DNA of 62,616 nt, the filler included, from Choristocarpus tenellus KU-1152 (Eukaryota > Protista > Phaeophyceae), in NCBI GenBank assembly GCA_964200185.2. It is 10 parts of 10 records of this genome, joined end to end, with 100 filler letters (N's around TTAATTAATTAA, not from the genome) between each part and the next. Parts side by side here need not be neighbours in the genome. Positions count along the whole stretch, not along the records: positions 44,840 to 52,938 come from CAXNAD020005152.1; positions 53,039 to 58,142 come from CAXNAD020011861.1; positions 58,243 to 62,616 come from CAXNAD020014851.1; 7 more parts are not named here. The stretch is one strand, 5' to 3'. This document shows, piece by piece, positions 51,817 through 62,616 of the stretch. Both the position numbers and the translations under genes were made by a program. Under the pieces are notes generated by a model, which searched no databases, was not told where the DNA came from, and saw only the letters and a list, made by a program, of their open reading frames with translations. Within the stretch, counting starts at the first letter, position 1, and each line of letters starts with the position of its first letter.

Positions 51817-52710
51817 GAGTTATAGTCTGAGTGATCTCCTGCCCTAATATTTTATGCCTACATGCCCACAAACAAAAGTGTAAGGAAGCAGGAAGGTGGA
51901 AATTTTTCACCCTGATGGTTAGGGTGGAAGGCCAAGTGCAATAATGCGGATGAAGTATTACTACAGAGTGTCACCTGGTGTCCTTCAGAGCACTATTTTT
52001 CGACGCATACATCGCACCAGGTGAGAAAATATCACAAGAATATTTTGCGATTGAGTCACTGCAGAGGATGCAAGTACAGTAGTCAGTAGTCAAATAGTAG
52101 TGTTCCATGGATAACCTACACTAAAAGCACCTCATGCACACTTCAAGTACAATGTACTTGAATTCTGATATTATTTTTAGTCCCACTCCATGTCTTCGAT
52201 CACAGCAGCGAAACCCAATCGTTGATTTGCTTTTGGTCGAGAAATTTTCGACCTTGCAGAAGTAATCTTTCACTTTGCACATGCTTCCGTAATGGATTTT
52301 GATCATTTTTATTCTTTAAATCTGCGCAAATGGAAGAAGGCACCCGTAAAGAACAAGATCAAACAAGTCAATGAAATTGAGCTGTCATCCTACTCAGATT
52401 TTGACCTGTGAGTCTCAGTAACATTACAGATCAATGCCGGCCTTTTGTGAGATGGAGCACATCACGATATTGTGATCTTGGCAAGATAATATAGGGAAGC
52501 TATCAGTCGAAATTCGTCTCTTTGGTGAATAGGGGTGGTGAAGATGAATACATTTTTCGTGGTCCTAAGAGCAGTCAACGTATCAAGGGCTTAGTCATAG
52601 TTCCCTCGCTGAATCTAATGAACCCAAGTAGAGTCCAGAAGAAAAATGTAGTCATGTCAACGAGAAATTAAAAAGAGAGATTTTTATGCAAGAAGTGATA
52701 GGGGGGCTTC

Positions 52711-52889
52711 AGCTCAAAGTATTTGGGTGTGTGTGTGTGGCAGCTGTCCATTTGGGATCAATTTTTTCATATCACGATTTTTGGGTGATTTGGTTGCACA
52801 CGTCAGATGGATGCTTTAAATGCACCTTTCCTGATTTTGGGGTAAATGGACACCCTGGTGTAGTCCCCCCCCCCCCCCCCCCCCCCCGC
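52711..52889 (-). mobile_element. MITE family A copy running into a poly-C tract near the contig end
   Basis: AGCTCAAAGTATTTGGG...GCAGCTGTCCATTTGGG...AAATGGACACCCTGGTGTAG-poly(C). Further A termini at 1-22, 19395-19414, 19555-19586, 22749-22770, 26533-26552, 40557-40595, 53039-53074 and a diverged copy at 58243-58411. Confidence 0.88.
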
Positions 52890-55498
52890 TTTTCTTTTCC
52901 TTTTTTTTGTTTTATTTTTTTTTTTTTATAAATTTTTTNNNNNNNNNNNNNNNNNNNNNNNNNNNNNNNNNNNNNNNNNNNNTTAATTAATTAANNNNNN
53001 NNNNNNNNNNNNNNNNNNNNNNNNNNNNNNNNNNNNNNGTGTAGACCCCCCCCCTCCCCCAGATACTTTGCGTCTAAAGGTGGTAGAGGAGTCACTTCCA
53101 GCATCGAAGAGTTCATTATTAATAACTACCTAGGAATATTTTTGTTCTCATCAAGACAACAATAAATAGTGCTTCAACAAAGTAGGAATGTCGCTCGACT
53201 TTTTTCTTTATTCCTAAATATTAGACCTCCGTATCATATTTTTATAGGTTGTCAAGAGGACGAACTGTTTGATTAACGAGGGCTCTCACTACCACACCTT
53301 TTTGTTGATGCATAGAGTCGTCTGATCTGGAGGAGTAATCACCTTCTCCATATCGTAAATGGGAAACCACACACCTTTGAGGCTGCTGGCACTTAGAGTG
53401 GATCGAAGACTGAAGCTTCATTCTTAGCTAGAGGGTTAAAGTAAACAAAAAGGAACCCAGTTTTCGGCTGTTTTGCGTTTAGAGCCAGCTCTTCAACCTT
53501 TTGCAATTCTCACGTATTTTTATATGAATGAAGTACTAACTTTGACTGGAGAGGGTCGATTTCTCTATTGTTGAAAACTTCTTGACACAATTCGGAAAAT
53601 ATCCTACACCCTTTTCCAAAAAAGTCGAATCTTGCACAGATTTCCTGACATACTTCAAAGGCAACTCTGGGTATCTCTCGTTTACTTTGGCTCAGATATT
53701 GTCAATTGACAAGGCACTGGTGGTCGGGTGTATGTAGGGGTCATGATTTTTTAGAGTGAGCTGTGCAATATCTCTGTCACGGACCTGACAAAAAACACAG
53801 TCAGCTCGGTTGGGGAGAGATGGAGAATATGACCATACAAAAGGCATGTCAACCACCAGGGCAGTGATAACAAGACTCGCATGTTCCTTGAACTACTATT
53901 CATTCTAAACTCCCCAACGATACACACAGACATATGAACGTATGTGCATGTCCTGGATGCAAGTAGTAAAACTCACTACCACAATCTCTTGTTGACCATA
54001 CACACACTTCTTTCAAAACCCTTCCTCCAAATCAGTCCCTAAAAGTACTCCATACCTGCGAACTCATTCCAAAGAGGCTAAACAGTCTACATTATGCAAT
54101 AACCAACCACATCAAGAGCAAAGTCTGTTCATCAGCCAACTGTAGACCGCTATGCTGTGTTACCTACATTTCCCTCTCAAACACCTTCCTACGCCCTCAA
54201 TCCCACCCATCTATACTACTTACAAGAAATTTGAACAGCAGTTCAATGCTGAACACAACAATCTCAAAGCTACAACTACTGCAATAGTGTATCCTTTCTC
54301 CTTCACTCCACCTTTGTACAATCAACTTAGCATGCCACAGCCAGTGGCAATACAGGCTGTCTCTTACATCTAACGACATTCCTCTTCCCACCCCCTTTCC
54401 CCACCCAGAAATAATGAAGACACTCACTCCTACTTTTAGGCAGACTACACAACAGCCTAAGTCTACACTTCGTAACACCCATGTCAACAAGAAGTAGAGG
54501 GATGGTGGCCTGCAACCTTTCACACTTGAATCAGAAGCGAAGACTCCTAAAAGTATCGCCACATCGGGATTGAATTCCTAGATTCATTCAGTCTCTCAAC
54601 CAAGTAGGTCAATCCGGACACTATACGCATCCCTCAGCATCATCTCCAAAATACCAATGTATCATGGGCAAACTAAGTCAGCACACAGCCTCAACCTTTC
54701 GAATGACATCTTCCTTCTCTCAAAAGAGACCAATAGAGACTGCAATTTGGACACTTGAGTATGCAAACATGGAGAATCAACTTGTTCACACTAAGCACAG
54801 AGGATATCTTGACAAACAAAGGAGAGCAGCACTATTCCAGTCAGCCAAGGATACGAAACCTTACAGGAAAACAGTTGGACACTTTTGATCCAACCATACT
54901 CTAACACCCAACCACCCCCCTAAAGATCACTAGAAAACCTGCTATACCATCTGTATCACCTACTATGTAACTTTGTCTGCATCCAGGAGGAGGTACAACT
55001 CGAACATTTTTTTTTGTCTTATTCTGTAACTGTTTCATACTTTCCAGTTGTTTTACCCTCCTAAAAACTTGACCCAATCATGGGAGGAGTGGCGAGGGAT
55101 GAAACCAAGGGAACGATGCAAAAATGTAAACGAAAAATTCCTTCCCACATCTAGTCCTCAACATCCGGCAGCAACAGCAAGCCTCATCCCTTCTTTCAAG
55201 AGCAGTAAACTCTCAAACCCACCATCCTGATTGCTATGGATCCGCCTAGGACCAACACATCTTAACTTTGACTAACTCCACCTATGAACCAGCTCCTCAA
55301 CCAACAAAGCAGATGGCAAAATACTCATCCAGAACACAAGACAATGATCACCGCACCAGAAAAAAGCACTGTAGTCAAATTATTGCCCTGTCATTCTCTC
55401 CCACCCTCTACACACACCCTGCAGCTATGTTTTCCCCCTGTAGGTCGCCCTTCCTCTCAAGTTGACCATACCACTCTTTCCCACCATGGTTGATTTAC

Positions 55499-56306
55499 TC
55501 ATCCCGACTGTATCAACTTGATGATACCCTTGAGACTGGTGAGGATGAGGTCCTCAGACATCTCTTTTACCACTGTCTTGGGACCCATGTTGGTGCGCAC
55601 AGCTCTCACACGAGGGTATGGAAGATCCTCCTGTACAGGGTATCACAGGTGCAAAACATGTCAATAATGGATAGAAAATCGCATCTGCACCCCACAGAAA
55701 GATAGCACAACAAAAATGAAACAAAGCAACAAAAAAAATCCCAACCATCCTTAGGTGCCAGGCTCGGTCCACGTATATTACAGTTCTCAAGGTCCCTTTC
55801 TCCACAAACCTCATGAAAAGCAAAGGTGTACTAGTACATTAAGAGGGTTTACAGACACACTCTGCCCACTGTGGTCGGCAGCATCAATGCAATAAACGTA
55901 TCATCCTTCCAGGTCACACAGAACAAAAAAATGGACAAACATTTTTCCCAGACCAAGCTCACCACAATAATGTCAATCCCGCCCTCTTTTGTTGTCACCA
56001 TACTCCCGCTACCACTGCCTCCTCGACTGGCATTGGTGTTGCCACTCTCACTCTCTCCCTCCCCATCTCCTCCTCCATCCTCTTTGCGTTCAGTGCTGTT
56101 CTCCTTCTCAGATGGCGCACTGCTCTTCGGACTTGCATACTGCTTGTTCCTCTTTTCAAGAGCCCTTTCCTCCTTAGCCGAAAGGTACTGCTTAACACTG
56201 GGGTCAAAGTGGATGCCCACTGTACGCCTGCTTTCATCTGTGTACACCTTCACCTGTCAGGGAGAGGAGTTTAAAAGAGATTTGCAGGAGCATTGAGTGA
56301 GCACAT

Positions 56307-56364
<58 letters not shown>

Positions 56365-57591
56365 AAAAGAGAGAACCAGAGGCATGAGGAATAGCCACAC
56401 ACCAGTGGTAAGCCATCGACTACACAAGTTCACATTTTGTGCCCTAGAAACCTAAAGCATTTTGTAATTTGGAACATCTACACGCACTCTTGTTTTTTCA
56501 GGACCTGTCCAATCCCGAAAAAAGCGTCAGAGCTTGTTTCCACCCAAACTCAACACAAAAACCAAAACAAAACAGCAACCTGAGACTCTATATACCTCGG
56601 AGAGGTACAGGATTATATCAATGGTATTGTTGTTACCCTTGCATTGAAAACAATACTCAGGGCCACCGTGTCCATTGACAGATCGATAGTATGTAGATAG
56701 AGGTGAGTGTATGGATACATACAACAGAATTTCAAAAGGAGTGGTCAATAATCAATAACCTATAGCTCGTATCAATAGTACATCCTAAGTGAGGAACCAA
56801 GGAATCCCTGTGCACGGCACTACTGGCCTACAAAATGACACCCAGGAACTTCACCTTGGTAAGATGCGGTCAGTCAACAATGTTACTGACATATTTCAAT
56901 ATGTGGGTCATTTACGTCATGGGATGCATAGAAAAAAATAGTCCCCTGTCATAAACCATCAGTAACTGCCAACCATACTGTGTGCATTACTTTACACCTA
57001 ACAGAATCAGCCGATTTCAAAAGCAACTGCATTGTGTCCCCCAGACCTCTGTATCTCAACAAGAAAGTCAGCGAAGGCAGACAGACGGTCAACCTATGAC
57101 GAGGGTGCCATATATCCCACAACCAAAGCAACAAGTACAAGGAGAGATGATCCAACTGCCACAACAGTACATTCTCTTTGACATAGCCCACAGGATGCTT
57201 CATTCCTCGACGGCATGCTGATCCCACACATGACACCATCACCTCTACCAACACACTCAACCCTGCTGTTGCCACATAAAATACTCAAAAAGGGAAGGGG
57301 GGAGGATGGGGGGGAAAGAGCAGACCAAAGGGCCCGAAAACCACAGCCTATAGTCCTCACCGGGGTGGTTAGGCCAGTCCCAGGCTTTGTCCAATCACTT
57401 GCCCACTCACGTACCATGAGCCAAGCCTCTAACGACCTGGCGGAGTCTTTGCCACTGGTTGAGAGGGGTAATCGCGCCAACTCAGGTCCTCGAAGCTTGA
57501 GGAGTTCGTCATCCCAGTTGAGAGGGGCCTGAGCACTGCCCTGGTCACCCACGCTAGAGATAGCAAAGGTGGAGTTCCGGTAGGCAAGTGG
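55499..57591 (-). CDS. Hypothetical protein resembling a conserved uncharacterised algal family; last three exons
   Basis: Phase-0 exons 57591-57361, 56253-55963, 55630-55499: AWLMVREWASDWTKPGTGLTTP|VKVYTDESRRTVGIHFDP...KEGGIDIIV|EDLPYPRVRAVRTNMGPKTVVKEMSEDLILTSLKGIIKLIQSG*. Exon lengths are all multiples of 3, with canonical splice sites. Confidence 0.75.
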
Positions 57592-58491
57592 CTGCGGGAT
57601 GTACCAGACATGGATATTACAGAGCATCGTATTGTTGGAGTGGGCAACTAACAGGTGGGTGGGAGTCAGAGAGCGAACGATGAACACGCTCTGATGTGAA
57701 GCTGCTTCCATTGGTGGGGAGAAAGGCAAGTCTAGAACCCCACTGCACAATCTACAACTTTGAGCTGCAAAAAGAGTCCAACATCCAAGAGACACCGAGG
57801 AACAAATACAAGCATGCATACATACATGATGCATGCATACATTACTTGCGTTTAGGAAAGCATAAAGCACAATCATATCCCATACATGAAATCTACACAG
57901 CGAGGTTTGTTTCTGGGTGAGATGAGGGTGTGGACAGGAAACAGCCCTGTGTGAGCATATGAGCTGCAGCATAAAACAAACCGCCCCCCATGCATCACAG
58001 TATCTCCGTAAGTACGTTAAGCCATCAAAGACTGCACCAGACAAAAGCTATGTACAAGGATCCAATATAAGCTTCGGGGGGGGGGGGGGGGGGGAGGAAC
58101 AAAAAAAACAACGCAACACACCCGGCGGGGTTCGGGGAACAANNNNNNNNNNNNNNNNNNNNNNNNNNNNNNNNNNNNNNNNNNNNTTAATTAATTAANN
58201 NNNNNNNNNNNNNNNNNNNNNNNNNNNNNNNNNNNNNNNNNNTGTGGTTTAGGCGTCGGTTTGTGGTTTGTGAGGGGGCGTCCGTTTCGGTCTAAATTTT
58301 TTTTTGCCCACATTTCAAATCTGACACGTGCGACCAAATCACACCAAAAACTGTAAATCGAAAAAAGAGTGAAAAACGGACGCCGGCACCCCCCTCCAGA
58401 TAGTTTGACCCACTTCATGTACAACCTGTTCTGCATAATGAGGAATTGACCGAGTTGTTTACATACACAAGACTTTGGAACACCAATTTCT

Positions 58492-59200
58492 TTAACAGTG
58501 TCGACTTCTATCGCTCTCCCTGTCTGTGGCTAAAGCAAGTGGGAATCGAAGCACAGGCTGGGGAACGGATGGGACTGGTCGAACGGGTTTTGATGCATTG
58601 CTTTTTGGAATGAACGAGGTCCGCATTTCGCAGGAACCGAAGAAGGTTGTTTTGTTTAAGGCAGCACAGACAGTGGGCGAGGAGTTCTGGGTTAGAACAG
58701 GTTGAAGCATCGGTGCGAGGGTTGCCAGTACACTATTGACAACCTCTTGGTGTGGCAGCAAAGTTTGGCTTGATACCTCTTCTTGCATGGAGCCGAAGTA
58801 TCTTAGAGGGTAGCGCTGCGTCCATTTGGGGGTCAAAATATAATTTTGCGATTTTGATGTAATTTTGGCTATCGTGTTTGTTAGGAAGTGTCAATATCTA
58901 TGTTTCAGACACACCTTTTCATAAGATATACACTTTATCTACTCCTCAACATTTTGGAGTAGGAAAATGTCATAAAAACCTCCATGAGAAGCCAAGCCCC
59001 AAATGGACAAACAGGGCAAAATTCGTACCCTCTAAGATACTTTCACTCATGGACGTCCTGTTCTGGCGAGGTAGTCCTAGTTCCTGCCTAATGATCGAGG
59101 TTTCGACTGAGGCAGCGAAAAGGTGTGACATGCTAGTAAACATAACATGCGCATCTCCCATGATACCCAAACCATTGTTAGCCTTGTGGTTGTACAATGC
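58492..59200 (-). mobile_element. Decayed retrotransposon gag-like ORF split by a MITE
   Basis: Removing the MITE fuses two ORFs in frame: HLFAASVETSIIRQELGLPRQNRTSM|QEEVSSQ, similar to the gag F......R.EL..L.Q...S..E pattern. Confidence 0.45.
58790..59048 (-). mobile_element. MITE family B copy 5 (259 bp, reverse), TSD ATG
   Basis: GAGCCGAAGTATCTTAGAGGGTA...TACCCTCTAAGATACTTTCACTC flanked by ATG on both sides. Confidence 0.92.
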
Positions 59201-60249
59201 AGCTTTTGCAGAATTTTGGTTGGGTAAAACAAATGCGAATTGATCGCTTCGATTGGATTATTCTTCTATGACATCATCAAACCTTTGAGTGTTGCCCTGA
59301 GGGTCCTACTGAGGCCATAAAGCTTTTCACTACTGTTTCCAAACTAGAAATGGGAAATTTAATCACATTTGGTAATAAAAACAGTACTGGCAGAACATGG
59401 GGCGATAGGTGAAACTTTCCAATAGCGAATATCATTTTGCGCACTCTATTTGCAGACGGGTTTCATTTTGATGGCCCAATGGGATCCACGACTCTGTAAA
59501 TGCCATAAAGATAGCCGCTACAAACTCGACACTTAAGGCATATATAGTGTGGCGGACCAGGAGTATTACTCTGTATGTTACAGCTGGATACCTCTGTGCA
59601 GGGCATCGTTACATCAGTACAATGAGGTCGTCTAAACTTGATGTGATATACTGTATTGTACTGTACTGTGGGGTACTGAGAGACAAAAGACTGCTATGCT
59701 GTGTATTCCTTGTCTCGAGCAACTTTGTGCATTACTTCGCGTTAAACTTTGCTTAACTTTAGACGTGGCTTTTTGGGAAACCCATCACCCAAGTAGTGAA
59801 AGAAGACGCCAGTTTGCTCGATACAAGAGAGAATCCTGGGAAGAAAACGGCGAAACTCTTCTTAAAGACTGAAAACTCATGACAAGGCAATTTTCCCTCT
59901 CTTATATCCCGTTTTTTCTTATATTGACCTATCTTATATAGGTACACCAACCATATCTTGAATACAGAATGGGGAAGTTCCAACTTCATCTTGCATAATG
60001 TGTGATTTGATTGCAGCAAAAATAAAGTCTCTTCTCAATAATACAAGCACAAACACAATCTGGGAGAGAATTTTATTGGAAAGGGAAACTTCTTTGCGAT
60101 ATACCTCTTCTAGAGGACAGCGCCTGTGTGGGAGTGTAGACGGACAGTGAGATTTATTGCAGCATGGGTGTGTGGTCTGGATGTGAACATGGGGATATGT
60201 TCGATTGGTAGGGTAGGTTGCTGTATCGGTCCTGGACCCGGTGTGAGGG

Positions 60250-62560
60250 TGGAAGCGGACAGGTTCCTCTTCCAAATCTAATTAGTTCAGGGTCGTTTGG
60301 ATAAGGCACACCTTTAGTTCCTGGCAAGTCTTTTGTTGCAGGCCCGCCTCCACCACCGGGGTGTATGCGTGGACGAACTTGTTCCATGTGACACGGGTGC
60401 TGTGAGAGTCCAACATACAAGGGTACTTCTGCATCGGATGAGCTTTCCAGTCACACCTGTCACATGTACCATTGACACAAGAACTTTTGAAACTGCCCAA
60501 GGAACCGCCAGAGGACGGTTCGCTGAGGGGCTCTAGCACGGTCCTCTCGCATCTGCTTTGTTTTGATTAGTCCAAGAGCGGTTTTTGTTGTCAGTGTAGA
60601 GGTTTGAGTAGCGGATCGAACGTCACTAGTGGAGTCTGGCTTGTCACTGCCACATATTTAGAGGACGTAGTGAAACGGTTTGGGGGCGTGTACGTTGGTG
60701 TGTATCTACAGTGGGTTCATTATTTTGGATACCATTCCAGCTTGTCGCGCTCACACATTCGCCACGTCGTGGGTGTGGTTTGACATAGAAACTTACAGGA
60801 GGAAGGCCATTAAATGAGCACCACTTTTGAGTGCAGCCTCCACTTTTTCAGAGCCGCATCCTTCGCCTTTGTCGCAGAATGCGCATGTGCACGCCCAAGT
60901 GCGATGTCCATCGTCGCCAAAGATCGTCCTCGCATGTACTTTCTTCCAGTTCCCTCTTAGGCACTGAACCTGGAGGTCGGTGGTCATGTGATGAATGCAA
61001 ACGCACGATCTGTGTTTCGTGGAAGAGTGGAGGGAGGGATGTGGTGAGTTAGCACCCCTTGTGTGTGGACACGGATGATGCAGTATGTGACTGTGCACCC
61101 TGTAGCGGTTAGGAAACATAGACTTGCCCAAGTATCACTGTAGCGTGTGTCCTAAATATCGAAAGACTATTTCCACACACACCTTGGCGTGGCCTTCGTG
61201 ACGTAGAACGGTCTCTAATTCACGAATGTCGACAGACTAGGGTATTGGTCCTGACATCCCCTCCTGTTCGAATCTCTCCCTGAAGTTGGCGTAGACATCC
61301 TCATCTGTCCCAATCTGTGACCTGTTGTCGCGTCGGTTGCACCATGTATATGTAGTGTAATGTTGAAGTTTTGCTGGTCCAGGATGAGCATGTTATAATG
61401 ATTAATCCATAAAGTGTCGAGGGTGGATATGTGCAATACTTGTGAGGATGATGGCAGTCGCTAGTGTGGACTACCTCTGAGCGTGCTGTTGGCATACAGT
61501 GCATCCGGGCGGCAAACTCTCTTGTTCATATGCGGGTCTAAGCAGTGCATGCCCTGAGTGGAACCATGAGATGTTACCGGATCGTGGAGCATGGTGGTGC
61601 TGTTGCTCTCCCATACGGTGATGCTAAGAACATGTGTATCAGGATGCTGCACATTGAACTGTCGCGAGGAGCTGTCCCTTCCAACGTCGAATACCCTTGA
61701 TCTGCCGTTTTGTCTGAGGTAACGATGGGAGATGTGGTGCGTGTGTCAGTTGCACACCAGGATATGAGGGATCATCCGAGCATCTGTTAGTGCTGAAATT
61801 ATTCTTCCACATACAGTGGACGTATTCGCCCGGGGGCCAAGTTGTGTATGTCACACCGTTGATGGTTGATGAGAACGAACTTCCATACCTCTGGGTGGTG
61901 CCTTGAGGAGAGCAGTGAGGGGCGTGGGTATCGGATACGGGAGACGATCCTCCAGCGTCTTTGGCAGCCGATGCGGAGGGGCTCCTCTGTCACCGCATGT
62001 CTCGCATGAATTCCGTGCGTTTCTTGGCGGATGACCTTGGTGTGTCGACGTTGATGTCGTATTTTCTTGCTGTGACGGACAGTAGGGGTTGAAAAGTGGA
62101 CGTCACCCTGTCATCGCCTATTTCAACCTCCGGAGTGATGCTGACAAGGATGGATTTGTATACCTGGCGGATGTACTCGGTGCTAAGGCCTTTCTTTACA
62201 CATTCTAGGAATGTCTTGACCTGGAGATCAGGCGTGGACTCTTGTTGTTATTACCGAGCCAGCACAACTCACAGCGCACTCGCCAACGGTGTAGCAGAGT
62301 GAGTGCGATGAGGTGCGAGTGTCGCACTAACATATCTGTCGTCAGGGTAAACGTTGGAAGGGGAGTTTTCCTCCAGATATCTTCCTCGGCTGGATCCCCA
62401 ACTCTGCCTACTAATATATTAGGACCTGGAGGTGACATTCATTTTATTTCTGCTGCGTTCATGATAGGATGAGGAGAGACATTATCTTTCCTTGTTCAAT
62501 CGTCTGTTTATCGCATTGAAGCAGTTATGCTTCATGCTAGGGGGGCATGTTACAGGCGAT
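60250..62560 (-). mobile_element. Decayed Sola2-like DNA transposase, N-terminal half (pseudogene)
   Basis: Ordered relic motifs: DVYANFRERF...SLSTFVN*RPFYVTKATPRCVW (61310-61170), CTCAFC (about 60880), SCVNGTCDRCDW...VTWNKF...ELKV...TTLN*LDLEEEPVRFHPH (60490-60245). Order and spacing fit recalled Sola2-type transposases upstream of the DF.ENY core, which is absent here. Confidence 0.6.
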
Positions 62561-62616
62561 ATGTCTTGATGGCGGTTTCATTAACACTATTGTGACCTTG
62601 AAGTCCTATATTTGAT

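Noticed and set aside
50880-55450. Degenerate coding-like stretches (also 7700-9000, 11500-11950, 16179-16560, 23400-24700, 37800-38460)
   Set aside because: Probably old TE fragments, but no diagnostic motif could be read with confidence.
57094-58044. 316-aa ORF, the longest in the track
   Set aside because: Only 57591-57361 behaves as an exon; the flanks are intron-like read-through.

Overview
Eukaryotic nuclear DNA from an intron-rich photosynthetic stramenopile (ochrophyte, probably a brown alga or close relative). This is inferred from a plastid-targeting 'AVA|FAP' motif, GT-AG introns and TTAGGG repeats. The window is not contiguous: ten contigs are joined by artificial 100-bp spacers (44N-TTAATTAATTAA-44N), so neighbourhoods across spacers mean nothing. 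Hand-built spliced models support several genes: a plastid SAM methyltransferase (partial), a 447-aa type I membrane protein with an internally duplicated Cys/Trp domain, a UAS-UBX protein with a signal-like leader and a GC-AG intron, Brr2/SNRNP200 (two exons), TSEN54 head-to-head with DRG1, a HEATR6-like gene (5' part) and a conserved-looking hypothetical protein. The rest is largely TE debris: Gypsy pol, an LTR with a tRNA-Gln PBS, and gag relics. The most notable system is a pair of MITE families (about 177 bp and about 258 bp). They share GRG-type termini, a terminal inverted repeat (TIR) core and a subterminal GTCCATTTGG motif, show both 3-bp and 4-bp target-site duplications (TSDs), and co-occur with decayed Sola2-like transposase sequences. 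Family assignments come from recalled motifs; no searches were run.
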